A DNA stretch of 64,000 nucleotides from Caecitellus pseudoparvulus (Eukaryota > Protista > Bigyra: Bicosoecida), in NCBI GenBank assembly GCA_965644315.1, contig CBFFRQ010000041.1, forward strand, positions 178,506-242,505, written 5' to 3'. The notes below the pieces were generated by a model. The model had not been told where the DNA came from and made no database searches. It was given only the letters and a program-made list of their open reading frames with translations. Shown here one piece after another: positions 44,784-57,500 of this stretch. Made by a program: the position numbers and the translations under genes. Position 1 is the first letter of the stretch; the number at the start of each line of letters is the position of its first letter.

Positions 44784-47700
44784 CTACTTGGCGCCTTGCG
44801 CCGTGTCGCTCATGCCCCCCGGCACGTGCTGGATACCAACAATCATCCTAGAGGCGTCGTCGTGCTCAGCTGACCCTGCACTGTCCATTGACAGCATGCT
44901 GGCGGTGTGGCTGGTGGGAATGGCCTGCAGCGGCCGCGCCGCAAGGTTGGGCATGCTGACCACTCCACCCCGAGAGGGGGGCATTTCGCCACTGCCATGC
45001 GAGTCTGACGTGTCCTGGCTCTCCAAGTGCGCCGCGTCTACCTGCTGGAAGGTGGGGCCCGCATGCACTGCAGAGTCGTACGTCTCACCCCGTGTCCCAG
45101 TCAAGCTTGCCAGCGAATCAGTGGACGGAAAGCGGGACGCTCGCAGCATTGTGGACATTGCCAGCTTGCTGGCCGTGGGGCCCCTGACTCGGGTGTCCCC
45201 AACCCCCTGCGTCGCGGCGGGCTTGATGGGCGGCTGCCGCCGCAGGGCCAGGTGAGCTTCGGCGAGTGGCCTCCGAATGGTGGAAGCATGGCTGGCCCTG
45301 CGCTGCCGCCTGGCTGCCCCAGCCTCCAGACGAGACGCCGCACACGCTGTGTCAGACGCGTAACCAGGCAAGTCTGCCGCCAGGTGGCGACGGGGCGCAC
45401 GTGCAGCAGAGAGGCTGCGTGCCTTGCGACGGCGCGTGGGCGCGGCGGAGCCCCCTGCCGCGGCAGCAGCGGCAGCTTGTCCCACAGGCACTCGCCAGTC
45501 AGAGTTGTGCTCCCGGAGGTGCAGCAGGCTGAGAACTGGGGCATTCGCCCAAGCAGTGCGCAGGGCTTGGCGCGTGCGAGGATCAGACATGCCAGCTGCG
45601 CGAGCGACAGACACAGCCTTGCTGCGCTGGAACAGCGTGCGCGACCGGGGAAGTACCCCCAGCAAGTACTCGTAGCCCTGTGCGAGAGAGTGGGCATCCA
45701 GGGCTGTCGACACGTCAGCGCTGGGGTGAGGGTGCCCAGCGCTGGCGCCAGGCAAAGCGGGGGGCAGAGGCGACGCCCGCACCGTTGCCAGCTGAGAGGC
45801 GGTAGTTGGGCTTGCCGCGAGAGGGGACCGGGGCGCGTGTGGCCACATGCTTGGGCGATCCACGCGCAGGTACTTCGCCTGGGCCGTCGTCATGAACACG
45901 GGCGCGGCAGACATGCCGGCAGACTGGGAGGCGTACACTGCCAGGCGAGCCTGCTCCACGTCGTCGCCTGCTGCGTCTGCCGGGCGCCCTGTCTGCCACC
46001 ACCGCTTGGAACCCAGCTCAAGCGCAGTGCGGCGGCGCCAGGCACACGAGGGGACACGGCGGTACCCCGGCAGAGACGCCACGGCACACCACAGCGTGGC
46101 ATCGTGGCTGCCAGGCGGCACGGTGTGCATGACATCGTCATTAGGTGACGTTGCCAGCTCCACGTAGCCGGAGGAGGGAGGGGCCACTGCCGAACCACCG
46201 CCCCCACCAAGGGTACTACTGTGTGACGCTGAAGGGGAGAGAGCGGAGTCGCCATGGCCGTGCCAGAACTTCTGCGCGCTGGCTGTGGAGGTGGGGCGAG
46301 CTGGTGTTGACACGCCACGGATGCCCGTGGCGGGTGGCGGGCGGGCAGCACCACTGCCCAGCGTGGCCCTCATGCTCGCCGCATCTGCCACAGGCAGACG
46401 CCCCTCCCCCAGGACCAGGGGCTTCATGGCGGGGTTCATGGCGGACCCGCCCAGCTTCGAACCAGCAGCACGTTTGGACGCCGAGGCCTGTGCAGCGGCT
46501 GCGGCGGCTGCAGCAGGGGAGCTGATGAGCACGCCACTGTCAGCGGCGCCTGCCCCCGCGGGACCGACTGCGGTTGATGAGAGGCGCGAAGCAGCCCGCT
46601 GCCCGACGTGGCGCAGCTGGCGCTTGGTGTGCACCTCTGCCATGAGCGCTGCATGCTGCTGCGTGAACAGCCTTGCGTGGCGGTCAGGAATGAGTAAGAG
46701 GCGGGTGCCCTTGCTGAACCACCGCCACTCGTCCCCGCCGGCACGCTTCTTCGGCAGGTCAAGGTACGCAAAGGCGCGACGGTGCACGTAGAACTCGGAG
46801 TCCTCTAGCTCTTGCAGGCCGCCCTTCGTAGTGCGCGCGTGGTAGTCCGGGTCGTACTCATCAGCCCCAGCTTCCGCGTCACCTCCCAGGCCGATGGTGC
46901 GCGTGAAGTTGCCTACCCACCCCGCCACGCTGTCCATGAAGGAGTTGGAGGACTGGCGAGGTGCTTGAATGGACTCAGCCTCAGCTGCGTGCCCGCCGCC
47001 CATGGCGCCCATCTCCACGTCGCCTTCCTCCTCGTAAAAGCTGTCATCAGCATAAGCCAGCGTCGGGGACTCGCACCCAGCTGCAGCTCCACTGCCACCA
47101 CCTGGGGCGTCTTGGGGCGGCGTTTCAAAGCTCGCCACCCCCACACACTGCGCCACCTCCAATGCGCTTGCTGAGCGAATGTGAGTGCGGGAGGGCAGGG
47201 AAATGTCGCTCATGCTTTTTGGGGCCATGATGGCGCCGCCAGCCTCTTCCGCAGCAAGGCGGCCAGACCCTGAGCGCGAGATGCCGATGGGCTCACCCAC
47301 CGTGGTCACACGCTGGGGCGTCGGGCGCAGGCGTCGGCTGCTGGCGGGGGGCATGCGCATGCGCTGCCTCTCGACAAAGAGCCGGTCAGCGAGCAGTGCA
47401 GCCCTGCGGTTCTTGGGCACCAGCTCCGCGCCTGTGAGCAGGATGGCGCGGTAGGGGATGCGGATGGGGCGTTTCGGCTCTGGCCGCACAAACTCCGTGT
47501 CCTGAATGATCTGCCTGATCTGGGCGGGCTTCAGGCTGATCTTCAGCTCCGCTGCCAAGAGAGCCTCGGCGACGATGACCGCCGCCATGCGGCACAGCAC
47601 CTCCTCCAGCGGCGCGGCGATGCGGCGGGGGATGGATACGTCTCGGTTGGGCTTGGACTTGAGCAGGCGGAAGATGTCCGACGCAGAGAAGTACACGGCC

Positions 47701-50700
47701 ACGACCGGCCCGTTGCAGACGCTGGACACCAGCGTGCGCTGCCCCGTCAACATGCTGAGCAAGCCAACCACAGCGCCTGACCCGACGGTGTCGATGAGGC
47801 GCCCCGCTTGCTTGTTTGAGTGCAGGGTGGACGTGACCAGGCGAGTCAGCAGGTTCCCTGTGCGGGAGCCGGCGCTGCTGTGGCTGTCAGCACGGGAAGC
47901 GGTGATGGAGTCCGAGCCTTCCGTTGCGGAGCGCACCATGGCAGCAGCTGTGGAGCCAGTCACCGTCAGGCCCCGCGTCAGGTTGCGCGAGCGCGACTTG
48001 GACAGGCCCTCCATTACCTCAGCGGCTTGCCCCGTGCCCATGGGGCCCAGCTCGTACCGGCCTTTCGCGGCTGCGTGGGACTCGTACCTGGTCTTCTCGC
48101 GGCCTGTCGCACGGGCCCACTTGTAGGCAGCTGCCGTCGCTGCAGAGCTTACAGCCGACCCTGACCCAGCCAGGTCTGGCGTGGCGGCACCTGAGGACGT
48201 GGGGCTGATGCGCCGCATGATGCTGACAGAGCCGCGCACGATGATGTAGAAGCCGCTAGACTTCTCCGACTGGTTCATGATGGTGTCCCCGTCTTGGTAC
48301 ACCTTGCGGTGCGAGTGTGTGTACAGAGCGTTGAAGGTGTCGTCATCCAGGTCTGCCAAGTAGCCCACGTTGCGGAGGAGGTCCACTTCGCTGGGTGCCT
48401 TGGTCGCAATCTTGACCCGCTTCCAGGCAGAGTACACGCGCTCTGAAATGGCCTTGTGCTCACGAGCCTCGATTTCACCATGTGCCTGCAGGCGCTTGGC
48501 GACGTTCGCGATGTCATGAATGAGCGCGCGCATGACGTGCTTGGTCTTGACGGCGCCTGCCAGCTCCGGCAGTGTGGCCTCCACATCAGCCAAGTACCCT
48601 TGGCCGAGCGACACCTGTGCCAGGGACTCCTTCACGATGGCCTTGGCCACAGTTCGGCTGCGGATGACTTTGTGGAAGATGTGGTGCACGGCGCGGTGCC
48701 CCTCGATGAAGCCAAACACCAGGTCGAACTCGAAGGACATGCTCTCCAACAGCCACCACTGGCTGAAGTCTGGCAGGAACGTGCACAGGGCCTTCAGGGC
48801 CTCTCGCAAGGGGTTGGCATGGATCAAGTGCTGCACCACTTCGAAATCCTGCAGGCTCTGTGCGGGGCGGTCTTGGCAGCTGGATGCTGCTTCCTGCAGT
48901 TGTGTGACAGCCGCTCGTCCCACCATGCCGCTCTCAAAGAGCTCCCAGTACTCCGCCTTGAGTAGATTGTAAAACCGGTACCGACCTTCTGACAGCAGGT
49001 CGTCGTCCAGAGCTTGAGCGCCCTGCGTTGTGGAGGCGGCTCGCGCCCTCAGCGCAGCTGGCTTAAAGTCTTGATGCTTGCCGTAGCGCGTGAGGAAGGC
49101 CTCGCCGCCATCTGATCCATCCTTCTGGAATGGCGGTGTGGACGCGCCGTCCCTGCCAAACCCCGACACGGAGTGCGTGCGGCGCCGCAGGGAAGGTGTC
49201 TCGCTGGTGCTCCTTCCATCCAAGCTTGTCGAGTGTGCTCGTGTGGGTCGCAAAGGAGGGCGGGAGCCCGACTTCAGGTGCCGCCCGCCAGACGATGCGC
49301 TGGACGCCGAGATGGTGCGCTTCACCGGGATGGGCGCTTGCTCCCCAACACTCGCCGACAGGTCGGGGGGGGAAGCGGAGGGTCCACGGGCGGCGATGCC
49401 CAGCACACGGGGAGGGGCGGCACCGACTGCGGCGTGGTGCTCCGCAACATCCTCCGCCTCCTCCAACCGCCCCTTCATGGAGCTCACACTGCCTGCAACA
49501 GACTCGACACTGGCGGCGTCGCTGTCCGACACTGTCGCGCCACCTCCACTTGAGCCCGACAGGTCGGAGCGGGAGGAATTTGTGTACAGGCTCTCCTCAC
49601 TGGTGGCAGTGAGGGCGCTGCCAACGCTCGCAGCATCGTCCCCCTCATTGTCGCTGGCATACCCGTCAGCTGGGCCAGCGGGTGCCGCGGCACCTGGCGT
49701 CACAACTCCGCTAGAGGCGGGCGGTGGATCCAGGACGCCCTCTGAGGCGTCAGCTGGGTTCTTTTTCGTCCTGCGCTTGCCACGCCCCTTGCGTCGGCGT
49801 GCTCTGCGCTTGGCGCTGTCACCCCGGGCCACCCGCGCCGCACCACACATGCCTGCATCGCCTGCCTCGGGACTCTCGGAATCTTCCGTGACCACCACCA
49901 GGGGTGATGTTGGGCTCAGGGGCGTGCCCCCGGCCTGCCGCCGCGTCACGCCCAAACCGAAGCGCCCACTGTGCCCACGCATGTCAGAACTGGAGCCAGA
50001 CTCCTCAATGGTGCTGAGTTCGTGGGGCAGCTTCACCTTAGGGTGTGGGACAGGCGCCGGGCCAGTGCCCTTGCTGTCTTCCAAAACCACTGCTGCATGC
50101 TTGGGCTCCGGGGAGGAGCTGAGCACACCCAGCAGTGGCGGTGTGGACACCGGCCCCTTCAAAGGCGGCCCCGGCAGATCACTGCTTGCCAACTGCGCCA
50201 CACGCACTGGGCGTGCTGATGCGCCGGCTTGACTGCCTGCTTTTGCCGCGCTGGTGGGCTGCGGGCCATCCAGAGACAGCGGGGCGTGCCCCAGGGCGCC
50301 AGCCGGGGCCAGGCGTGCTCGCAGGGCAGGCGACGTCCCCAGCACGATCTCCTCCTCCTCCTTGAGCGGCACACAGGCGGTGCACACGGCACAGCGGTCT
50401 GGGCAGCAAGCACACCATGCGCAGTGACTGCGCAGGAAGTGGCGCACGCCGCCAGACCTCGCCGCCTGGGCGAAGCGGTTCCGGGCTTGCAGCGCTTGCA
50501 GCTGGGCGTACAGGTCGTCAAAGACCGTGCCCATGAAGCTCTCCACGGCGGCCCAGTCCACTGACGAGTACGAAGGGTCCCCTCGCAGCTGGCGGTGCTT
50601 GGCCAGGGTGTGGTGTTCGATGTGGTGCAGGGCTGTCGCGAACATGAGCTCGCTGGCCTCCGTGCGGCTGACCAGGCCCAAGTACTTCAGCAGGGTGCTG

Positions 50701-52183
50701 GTGGTGGAGGCGTTCACGAGCAGGGTCAGCGCGGCAATGCCTGCCATGTAGAACAGGAAGCGCGCGGCAGTCTCGGAGTCCTGCTCCTCCTCGTCCAGGA
50801 AGAGAGCCAGCACGAGGCCGACAGCACCGCGCAGGCCGGACCAAGACATGACAATGATCTCATTGAAGGTGATGCCGTACCCAAGGTTGCGCAGGACAGG
50901 CCACATGATGACCAAGGTCAGGAAACGCACGACATTCAAGACGAGATACAGCAGCAGCAGCCAGAGCCAGTCGGAGCCGCTGATGAACTCGGAGTTGAAG
51001 CCCCGTTCCATGATGACTGCCCCAGACAGCACAAACACGACGGTATTGGCCAGGTACTCCACCATTTCCCAGAACTCGTGCAGGGTCTCGTGCTCATGCA
51101 CGGCTGTCCGGCCCCCGGCAGCCATGGCCAGGCCCAAGGCCACCGTCGCCAGCACGCCGCTCACGTGCACAGGAGTGACTTCAGCCAGCACGAACGTGCC
51201 GTAGGCAGCAAAGACAGTGGTGGCGATCTGCGCGACGATGTCAAAGTGCAGGGCATTCAGCACTCGGACAGTGATCCACCCGGCCGCCACCCCCAGCGCG
51301 ACGCCGCCCAGGGAGAGCTGTGCGAAGAAGGCCACTGTCTCCCCCCCGTCACGCGCCTGCCCCTTCATGGCATCTGCGAAGACGATGAAGAGCACCATGG
51401 CAGTTCCATCGTTGAACAGCGACTCGCCCTCGATGAGCAAGCTCAGGCGTGGAGAAGCTCCCAATTCACGGAGCAGGGCCACCTGTGCAGAGCAGCAAAG
51501 GCCCGGAGTGCATCGCTTGCGTTTCATGGCGCTGGCAGCGTTTCAGCGGTGCACCCGCACCGCAGAGGGCACGCACCACAGCCACGGGATCGGTGGCGCT
51601 CAACATGGCGCCGAATGCCAGCCCTTCGTTCCAGCCCCACCCGAAGGGCATGGCGTAGATGGCAAAGAGGGCCGTCATGATGGAGGCCAGGGCCACTCCC
51701 GGCACAGCCAGCACCAGCATCTGGGGGATTTCCCGGGAGAACACATGGTAATCAACAGCCATTGCCGAGCCGAAGATGAGCGCGGGCAAGAAGATGACGA
51801 GGATGAGCTCGGGAGACACATTCACCCATGACTCCAGGCTGTCCCCCAGGATGCCCATGCCGCCTTGCAGGTGCCAGAACCCCAAGAGAGTGCCGATGAC
51901 CTGCATGTGAGGGTGTGTGCGGAAGCTGCTGGCTGGGCGTGGTTGGCGCAAGCGTGGCGCCCCGGCTCACCAACAACACCACAGTGTATGGCAGCAGCAG
52001 CCAGCGGCCGGCACTGCGGCTGAGGATGCCCAGCAGCACAGCAGCAAACATGAACACCGCTCCGCCCGTGTGGTCCACGTGAAAAGACCGGGCAGCGTCA
52101 TGCTCCCCGTGCCCCGCCTCTTCATTGGCGGCAGCCACGGCGCATCCCACCGCGAGAAGCAGGGGCAGCAGCCCTGACATCAT
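44784..52183 (-). CDS. SOS1/NHX7-type Na+/H+ antiporter (CPA1) with a cNMP-binding-like domain and long low-complexity insertions
   Basis: IFLPALIF, LSATDPVAVV, IEGESLFNDGTA, FWEMVEYLANT, WSGLRGAVGL, and CNBD-like GFYIIVRGSV..GAVVGL. Introns 51970-51901 and 51576-51483. The 3' part may hide in-frame introns. Confidence 0.88.
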
Positions 52184-52311
52184 GTCAAACACTCATTTGT
52201 CGAAATACCCCGCGGACAACTTGCCGCAGCGCGTCGGTGGTGACGCAGCTAACGTGCTGAGCATCGTGGTGTGGTGTGGATTTTGCCCGCCACGCTGGCG
52301 CTGCAGCCAGC

Positions 52312-54006
52312 TCACCTGCGCCGCTGCTCTGGGCGATCGTACCTCCCCCGAGCCCCTCGGCGACCACCAACATCACCCCCTTGGCCTGAAGGTGGCGGGG
52401 GGGGCAGTCCTAGGCCCCCCTTCCCCTTCACCCGCCCTGCAGTGTCGATGTCGTCACCCATGCCACCAAAGTGCCCTCGCTGCGCAGCCGCGAGCTGGCG
52501 CCCCCCTGCATACCACATGCCAGCAGCACCCCGGCGCTGGTCTTTGTGACTCTCGCTGCCTTCTCGCGCTGCGTCAGCCCCCCACGCCATGCCAGGCCCG
52601 CCGACGTCAGTGGGCGCGTTGCCTTCCCCACGCCGGAAGCCACTGCGGGAAGCGCCGAAGCCGTACCCCTCCTGCGCCGCGAAAGTCGTGTCTTCTGCAG
52701 ACAAGTGTGTCCACTTGGTGCGGCTTTTCTTGCCAAAGTCCTTCACCTGCATCACCTTCGGCAGCAGGCGCTTGTCCACCTTGTCCATGCCAGTGGCCGC
52801 GTCAGCTGATCGCAGCCGCACATCGTCCTTGTCCTTCAACGACGCCTCGTCCATGTAGAACGCGCCCTTGTGGTGGTACTTCTGCAGGAAACCACGTGCA
52901 CCGCGGGCCTTCTCCTTCCCTGGCTTCAACCCTGCCGCCACCAACCGTGCATCGTCAGCTGCTCGCTCCTCGTCCGTCATCTTGCGGCGGGCGGCAATGG
53001 CCTCCTCCTCAGCCCGTGCCGCCGCCGCCGCGTCCAGGTCGCGCTTCAAACGCTTCAGCTCCCGCAGTTTCCACGCCTCAATGTCGGCCTCCTCCTCTTC
53101 GCTCAAGTCGGCGTCGTCAGGCAGGTCGGCGTCAGAGCCCTCAGCCTCCGCTGCGGCCTCGGCCTCGGCATCCGCCACCAACGTCGCCACCAGGGCCTTG
53201 CTCTCCTGGGCCCTGGCAGCTGCCTCAGCTGCCTTGGCGGCTTCTGCCGCTTTGGCCTCCGCCTCCTCCTCCTCCTCCGTCTTGATAGTACTGCGCCGTG
53301 ACTTGGGCACGAACACCGGCTTCAGCAGCACAGGCGCCGAAGCCTCAGGCTCACCCTCGCTGCTGCTGTCGCTGTCGCTGCTGTCACTATCGTCGCTACT
53401 ACTGCTGCCGTCGCTGCTGCTCCCACTGGAGGCACTGCCCGGGGCGCCCTCCTCACCTCCCCGGCGTCCACGACGAGAAATGGAGGCGTCCGAATCGCTG
53501 CCAGCTACGTGCGCTGCGCCTGCCACAGGCACTGCCGACAAGCTGATGGCCGGGGCAGCGCCGCGGGAAGCCAGTGCCGCAGAGATGTCTGGTGCGGGTT
53601 CTCCTGCAGGCGCTTGGGCTGCAGCGGCTCTGGCCTTGGCACGCGCGCGGGCCAGCGCCAACGCTGCGCCATCATCTGAGCTGTCACTGTCGCTGCCGGA
53701 CAGTGACCTCCCAGGCCTGCCCGCGACCGCGTCCGTAGCTTCAACTTCATCTTCAGACTCGTAGTCTTCCACTCGTTCAGATTCGGGGTGGGCTGGCCCT
53801 GCCTGCGCTTCAGCAGCCAGCTCGGAGCCAGAGGCAGCTGCGGTAATTGCTGGGCCTGAGCCACCCGCTGTTGTCACCCCTGCGGCTTTCCAACCAGGTT
53901 GATGCCCCGCTCGGTGCCTGCGCACTCTCTTCTTGGGGTCTATCTTCGGTTTAAACCCTTCATAGTCGTCTCGCCTGCGGAGGGGTGGCTCAGACGGCGC
54001 GTGCAT
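52312..54006 (-). CDS. MFAP1: microfibrillar-associated protein 1 (spliceosomal B-complex protein)
   Basis: LLKPVFVPK, EAWKLRELKRLKRD, FLQKYHHKGAFY and LPKVMQVKDFGKKSRTKWTHL..EDTT. Confidence 0.93.
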   Translation of the reverse strand: MHAPSEPPLRRRDDYEGFKPKIDPKKRVRRHRAGHQPGWKAAGVTTAGGSGPAITAAASGSELAAEAQAGPAHPESERVEDYESEDEVEATDAVAGRPGRSLSGSDSDSSDDGAALALARARAKARAAAAQAPAGEPAPDISAALASRGAAPAISLSAVPVAGAAHVAGSDSDASISRRGRRGGEEGAPGSASSGSSSDGSSSSDDSDSSDSDSSSEGEPEASAPVLLKPVFVPKSRRSTIKTEEEEEAEAKAAEAAKAAEAAARAQESKALVATLVADAEAEAAAEAEGSDADLPDDADLSEEEEADIEAWKLRELKRLKRDLDAAAAARAEEEAIAARRKMTDEERAADDARLVAAGLKPGKEKARGARGFLQKYHHKGAFYMDEASLKDKDDVRLRSADAATGMDKVDKRLLPKVMQVKDFGKKSRTKWTHLSAEDTTFAAQEGYGFGASRSGFRRGEGNAPTDVGGPGMAWGADAAREGSESHKDQRRGAAGMWYAGGRQLAAAQRGHFGGMGDDIDTAGRVKGKGGLGLPPPPPSGQGGDVGGRRGARGRYDRPEQRRR

Positions 54007-54069
54007 GGGAGCAACCGACGAACTTGCGGGAGTGCATGCCGTACTTGTCGTTCTTCAGTGTCACTCCGC

Positions 54070-54256
54070 CATTGGCTGCTTCAGCGCCAAAAATCTGCAC
54101 CAACTGGTCCTTTCCGACACCTGCCATGTCATCCAAGCGCTGACAGCCAAGGCTTCACCCGCGTCGAGGGCCGGCAGCCAGCAATGACCCAGACCTGGTG
54201 CAGATACACACTTCCCACAAGCCACAGGGCGACATCAGGGGGCGCAACAGGTATGT
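54070..54256 (-). ncRNA. candidate structured RNA with an Sm-site-like motif
   Basis: A 113-nt interrupted hairpin abuts GATTTTTGG (see findings). Confidence 0.3.
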
Positions 54257-54592
54257 GGGAGAGTGAATTACGCGGCGATGTCGCCATGCGCTGAACCAGC
54301 TCCAATGCGAGCCTCTGTTCGCAAGGGGGAGGGGTGTCAAGCACGCTGTGCGAGGCGGCCGCCCGTGTGACTTGCAGCGGGCAACGCCACTGGCACAATA
54401 CCCGCAAACCCAAAACAAACCAACTCAAAGACCTGTGTGCTCTGCTTTCTGTGCGTGAACACACAGATCACCTCTGTTCCCTGCAGAGATACACACAAGC
54501 AGGGGGCGCCGTGTCACCGACAACCCAACCGTTGCAACTTCCGCACACGACGCTGCAACACCGCCGAAAACCCTCCAAGGACGCATACCAGC

Positions 54593-57500
54593 ATGGCAGC
54601 CGCAGCCGCAACCGGGAGCAGTCCTACTGAGGCGCGTGAGAACCTGAAGGTTGTCGTCCGTGTTCGGTGCGTGTATTCGTTGAGCGGCAAGGCCTGCTCG
54701 CGCGCGGCAGCACGCGGCACAACCTGCGCCACAGCCCACAAAATGCGAAGGAGCAAGAGAGGAAGGAGAGCTACATCACCCGTGTGCGAAGCACGGCAGT
54801 GACTGTTGATTGCCCGAAGACGAAGAAGACTGTCTCCTCCACGTCCCGCACGTTCGGCTTCGAAAACGTGCGTTGTGTCACTGCCGTTTCACGTCTAACG
54901 CCCATGCCCACCGCTCCCACCTGCCTCGCCTTTGCCAGGTCTTCAACCAGTACTCCACACAAAAAGAGATCTTCGAGACAATGGTGTCTCCCATTGTTGA
55001 CGAGGTCCTGGATGGGTACAGTTGCACCGTGTTCGCGTACGGGCAGACAGGCACTGGCAAGACGTACACGATGGAGGGAGTGATGGACCACACCCACGAG
55101 GGAGCCGGCATCATCCCCCGCTCCATCCACCGCGTGTTCCAGTACCTAAAGAGCCGCTACGATTCCGACACCTCCTCCTTCTCTGTGCGCATCTCCTTCC
55201 TGGAAGTGTACAACGAGCAGCTCATTGACCTGCTCTCTGTGGAGGACGACATCCCCGACGAGCCGGCAGCCGACAAGCCTCGCCGTCATGCCTACGACGC
55301 CAAGCGCGCTGCCCGCAAGGACAAAGCCGGCGGGACCAAGCTGCGCATTGTGGACGACGGCCGCACAGGCGTGCAGGTGCAGGGCCTGGAGGATGTGCTG
55401 GTGACGGATGAGCAGGAGGTGTTTGGGCACGTGTCCAAGGCGCTGCTCAAGCGGCAGGTGGCGGAGACCAAGTGCAATGACTTCTCCTCCCGCTCCCACG
55501 CCATTTTCACCATGACCATTCACTTGAAGGAGATGACGGCCTCTGGAGAAGAGGAAATGCGTGTTGGGCGCCTGCACCTAGTGGACCTGGCCGGCTCCGA
55601 GAACATCGGGAGGTCAGGTGCCAAGGACGGCCGTGCCCGCGAAGCAGGCAACATCAACCAGTCTCTCCTCGTCCTGGGGCGTGTCATTTCCGCCCTCGTG
55701 GAGAAGCGCTCCTACATCCCCTACCGTGACTCCAAGCTCACGCGCCTGCTGCAGGACAGCCTGGGCGGCAGCACCAAGACGTGCCTCATTGCGACAGTGT
55801 CCCCCTCCTCGGGCAGCGTGGAAGAGACGCTGAGCACGCTGGACTACGCCTCCCGCGCAAAGTGCATCGAGAACAAGCCAGAGGCCAACAAGAAGATGAC
55901 TCGCAACGCCATGATGCGGACACAGGGTGCCGAGATTGAGGCGCTGCAGCGCATGCTGCAGGCTGCCCGTGCCAAGGACGGCGTGTACCTCACGCAAGAG
56001 ATGTACGATGACATGGTGGCATCCAAGAAGAGTGTGGAGAACCAGTTGGAGGAGCTGCAAGAGCTGAAGCTGGTGCAGGAAGAGGAGCTGGCGAGCATGC
56101 GTGCTCAGCTGGACGAGATCACCACCTCCCTGGAGGAGCTGCGGGAGGCCCACGAAGCCACCACTGCAGAGCTGGCGGAGACGCAGGGAGTCCTGGTCAC
56201 CACGCAGGGGGACTTGGCCGCCAAGACGGTGGAAGCGGAGGAGACAGGGGTTGTCTTGCAGGCACACCGCGTCGCCGAGGCGTCCCTCCATGGGCAGGCA
56301 CAGAGCCTTGTGGGCACCCTTACCGCGTCCACCGCTGATGTTGACGGCCTGCACTCCAAGGTTCAGCGCCAAGCCACCACAGCGGCAGCCAACACCGCCG
56401 CAGCCCGGGACTTCTCTGCGGGTGTCTGCCGCGCCCTGGCCGACGCCAGCAGCACCTCAAGTGCCGCTATGCAGGCGCAGGCCGCCAGTCTGCGAAGCTT
56501 GGCGCAGGACCTGGGAGAGCAGGCAGCGGCCGCCAAGACCGCCGCTGCTGCGACAGCCAGCACCATGGCCACGCTGACGGGGCAGATGCAGGCAGCCCTG
56601 GGGCGTGTGACTGCGCGGGTGAAGGACCTGGCGGGCGCCAGCGCCTCAGATGCGGCAACATGCTCCGATAGCGCCACCCAGGCTGTGGCCGACATCGAGG
56701 AGGCAGTGGCAGGCATGCAGTCCAAGCTGTCAGCCGCTGTCGCCGCCATCATCCTGGCGTCTGGCGAGCAGATGACTGCTGCGGATGCGTGGGCTCAGCG
56801 CAGCCAGGCTGCTTTGGCCCAGGCCGCTGAAGACGCGGAGTCGTTTGGTGCGGAGCACGCTGTGCAGCTGGGGCAGGTGGCCAGCACGGTGGAGGAGTCT
56901 GCGAGCCAAGCCTCTTCGGCGCTGTCGGCGCAGTCCGTGGCGCTGAAGGCCCTGGGCGTGTCCACCAAGGCCAGCCTGGACAAGATGCGTGGGGATGTGC
57001 TGGAGGCCGTGACACATGCGCTGGACACGGCTGTGGAGGCCGCCACCATGCAGCTGGAAGACGGCGTCGCAGAGATGACGGGCTCCAACACCGCCACCTC
57101 TCGCTCCATTCAAGCAGCCGCTTCTAAGGCGGTGTCTGGGGTCACCGCAGCCAGCACTGCCGCCGAGCAGTGGGTGGCAACCCAGGCGGCTGCCCTGCGC
57201 ACTGAGGTGGATGCCACCGGCACGAGCTTGGAGGAGGTGCGAGCCGCCTTCACCAAGGCTGAAGAGAGCAAGGCGGCGGCCGACGCCGACCTCGCAGCCA
57301 CCCAGGTGGAGATTGCAGCTGGTGCCAAGGAGACGAAGCAGTCCATCACCACAGCCATCCGCGCCCTGGCCCACTCTGTGCAGGAAGGCGCCGATGACGT
57401 GGAGGGTGTCGTGGGGGAGAGCAGCGTCGCCATGGAGCGAGGCATGGCGCAAGCCGGCGAAGCAGCCACGACTGCCGGGGACGCTGCTGCGGACAAGGCT

